A stretch of DNA of 64,000 nucleotides from Zootoca vivipara (Eukaryota): positions 71,548,001 through 71,612,000 of the forward strand of contig NC_083281.1 in NCBI RefSeq assembly GCF_963506605.1, in the 5' to 3' direction. The translations under genes were made by a program, and so were the position numbers. Positions 62,173 through 64,000 of this stretch are shown here, in pieces; positions within the stretch are counted from its first letter, which is position 1, and each line of letters starts with the position of its first letter. Below the pieces are notes generated by a model that had not been told where the DNA came from, searched no databases, and saw only the letters and a list, made by a program, of their open reading frames with translations.

Positions 62173-62844
62173 TGAAGGGCCACATATTTGGCCCCTGGGC
62201 CTGAGCTTTCCCACCCCTGGCCTAATGCTTCATGGGAAATCTAAGGTTTTAGAAGAGGCTTGAAAGAAGAGGAAGACTACCACATTTTAAATGATCTGGT
62301 ACTGCTGCTTTTTACACTAAATTGTCCCAGATTATATGCACATGCAAAGCTATTTTACCCTGATTCAGGCCACCTGGCCAAATATTGCATACTCTGACCA
62401 GCTGCAGCTCTCCAGAAAATGCCTTTCCCATCACCAGCTACCAAACCCTTTTAAGCTAGAAATGCCAATGGCTGAACTGGGAACATTGGCACACAAAGCA
62501 TATATTTATTGGAAGTATTTATAGCCCCCCCCTCATTTAATGTTCTCAATCCCAGAGCAGGGAATAAAGTAATAAAAACAAACAGGGGGAAAGCAACGGA
62601 TGTACAAAAATTACAAAAACAGGACCAATGAATAACTGAAACATTATATCATGAGCAAAACTGCAGCAACAAAAATTAACCGTTTCAATTTAACCAAATA
62701 CCTAGATAAAAACAAACACATTTGAGCAGATTATAGAACCAAGAGGTCTTAGCAATGGTTCCCACATGCTATTTTCCTTGTGGCAGCCCCCTCCCTCCCT
62801 CCCTCTTCCACTCTGTGCCAACTAACGCTCTGTGGTTTTTGAGT

Positions 62845-63073
62845 CGCTGGTACCTCGGGTTACAAACGCTTCAGGTTACAAACTCCGCTAACCCAGAAAT
62901 AGTACCTCAGGTTAAGAATTTTACCTCAGGTTGGGAACAGAAATCGTGCTCTGGCAGCGTGGCGGCGGCAGCAAAAGGCCCCATTAGCTAAAGTGGTGCT
63001 TCAGGTTAAGAACAGTTTCAGGTTAAGAACGGACCTCCGGAACGAATTAAGTTCTTAACCTGAGGTACCACTG
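62845..63073. mobile_element. Tigger-like MITE
   Basis: TIR core TGGTACCTC(G/A)GGTTA. Confidence 0.75.
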
Positions 63074-63799
63074 TATCCCCCTCCACCAATCCCTCCCTGT
63101 TCTCATCCTAAGTGCAACCCTACCCCAAGTGCAATAAACCATAGTGGGTGTTTCTGCCCCCCCCCCGGTCCTCGGGTTCAGCAAGGCTACTATTTGCAAG
63201 GTGGATTTCCTCCCAGTGCCTCCCACCCACCCCCCATTTTCACTTTTCTTTACCTGCTGACACAGGTAGACTTCAAGGTGTTGCAGTCTTGGGGAGTGTG
63301 CCTGTGTCACCACTCCTTAAATAGGGAAGCTGTCAGCTGTAAGTCAGTCAAAAGTCCACAGCTGGTGTTCCTCTCCTCTTCCTAGTCCTGAGAAAATTTA
63401 TTGGGGGGGAGGGAGGGGCTACCAGGGAGAGATCTGCAAGTGGATTTGCTAGCCTTCCCCCCATCTCCTTGCCAGTCAGACTGTATTTAGGGTCCTCAAA
63501 GTGACTTAACAAAAATGAACTTTTTTATATAAAAAAGTATTAAAACCACCTAGAATGCAACAATAATATATACCAAAGAGCAGCTTCAACTCCACCCCAC
63601 TGAAAAATAACCAGAATCTGGAGGCCGGGGTGAATAACATTATTTGCCTGGCACCTAAAAAGTGATAAGAGATGGTGCTTGGCCTGCCTCCCTGGAAAGT
63701 ATGTTCTATAAATGGGGAGTCACCACTGAGAAGGCCTGTTCTCTTGTTGCCCACTTTCTGCACCTATCTCACACAGAAAGGGGCCTCAAATGAGTAATT

Positions 63800-64000
63800 A
63801 TTCTTATTCTTATTCCTATTAATACCCTGCCCATCTGGCTGGGTTTCCCCAGCCACTCTTGACGGCTCCCAACAGAATATTAAAAACACGATAAAACATC
63901 AAACATTAAAAGCTTCCCTTCAGATGTCTTCTAAAAGTCAGATAGTTGTTTATTTCCTTGACATCTGATGGGAGGGTGTTCCACAGGGTGGGCGCCACTA
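63800..64000 (-). mobile_element. L2/CR1-type LINE 3' end
   Basis: TATT-type tail followed by typical CCTTCAGATGTCTTCTAAAAG...GGGAGGGTGTTCCACAGG; recognised by eye. Confidence 0.55.

Noticed and set aside
60574-63800. Expected neighbouring gene (CEP89 by synteny)
   Set aside because: No recognisable coding exons were found in this stretch.

Overview
Vertebrate genomic DNA, almost certainly squamate (Sauria SINEs, squamate-type Penelope/hAT/Tigger repeats; possibly a lacertid lizard). From left to right: (1) the last four coding exons of TDRD12 (+, C-terminal CS domain, stop at 3014). (2) Two complete, intact tandem copies of SLC7A9 (b0,+AT cystine/dibasic amino-acid transporter light chain) on the - strand: copy A (CDS 7503-20338, 489 aa) and copy B (CDS 34520-47169, 491 aa), each with 12 coding exons. 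(3) Between the copies, the duplication junction with a nested GC-rich hAT element, an exon-deleted TDRD12 remnant, unclassified repeats and a 193-N gap. (4) A very young, intact Gypsy LTR retrotransposon (54277-59193) upstream of copy B. The main finding is strongly asymmetric divergence of the paralogs. Copy B looks like canonical b0,+AT. Copy A keeps an open frame but has lost the TM6 aspartate linked to cationic substrate recognition (WAYDGW to WAYSGW), carries several substitutions that recreate LAT1/LAT2/y+LAT-type motifs, and has a different upstream region containing a perfect DR5 element. This makes copy A a candidate neofunctionalised transporter. Penelope-derived minimal hammerhead ribozyme motifs are also present. 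All alignments and counts were done by eye, and human reference sequences are recalled from memory.
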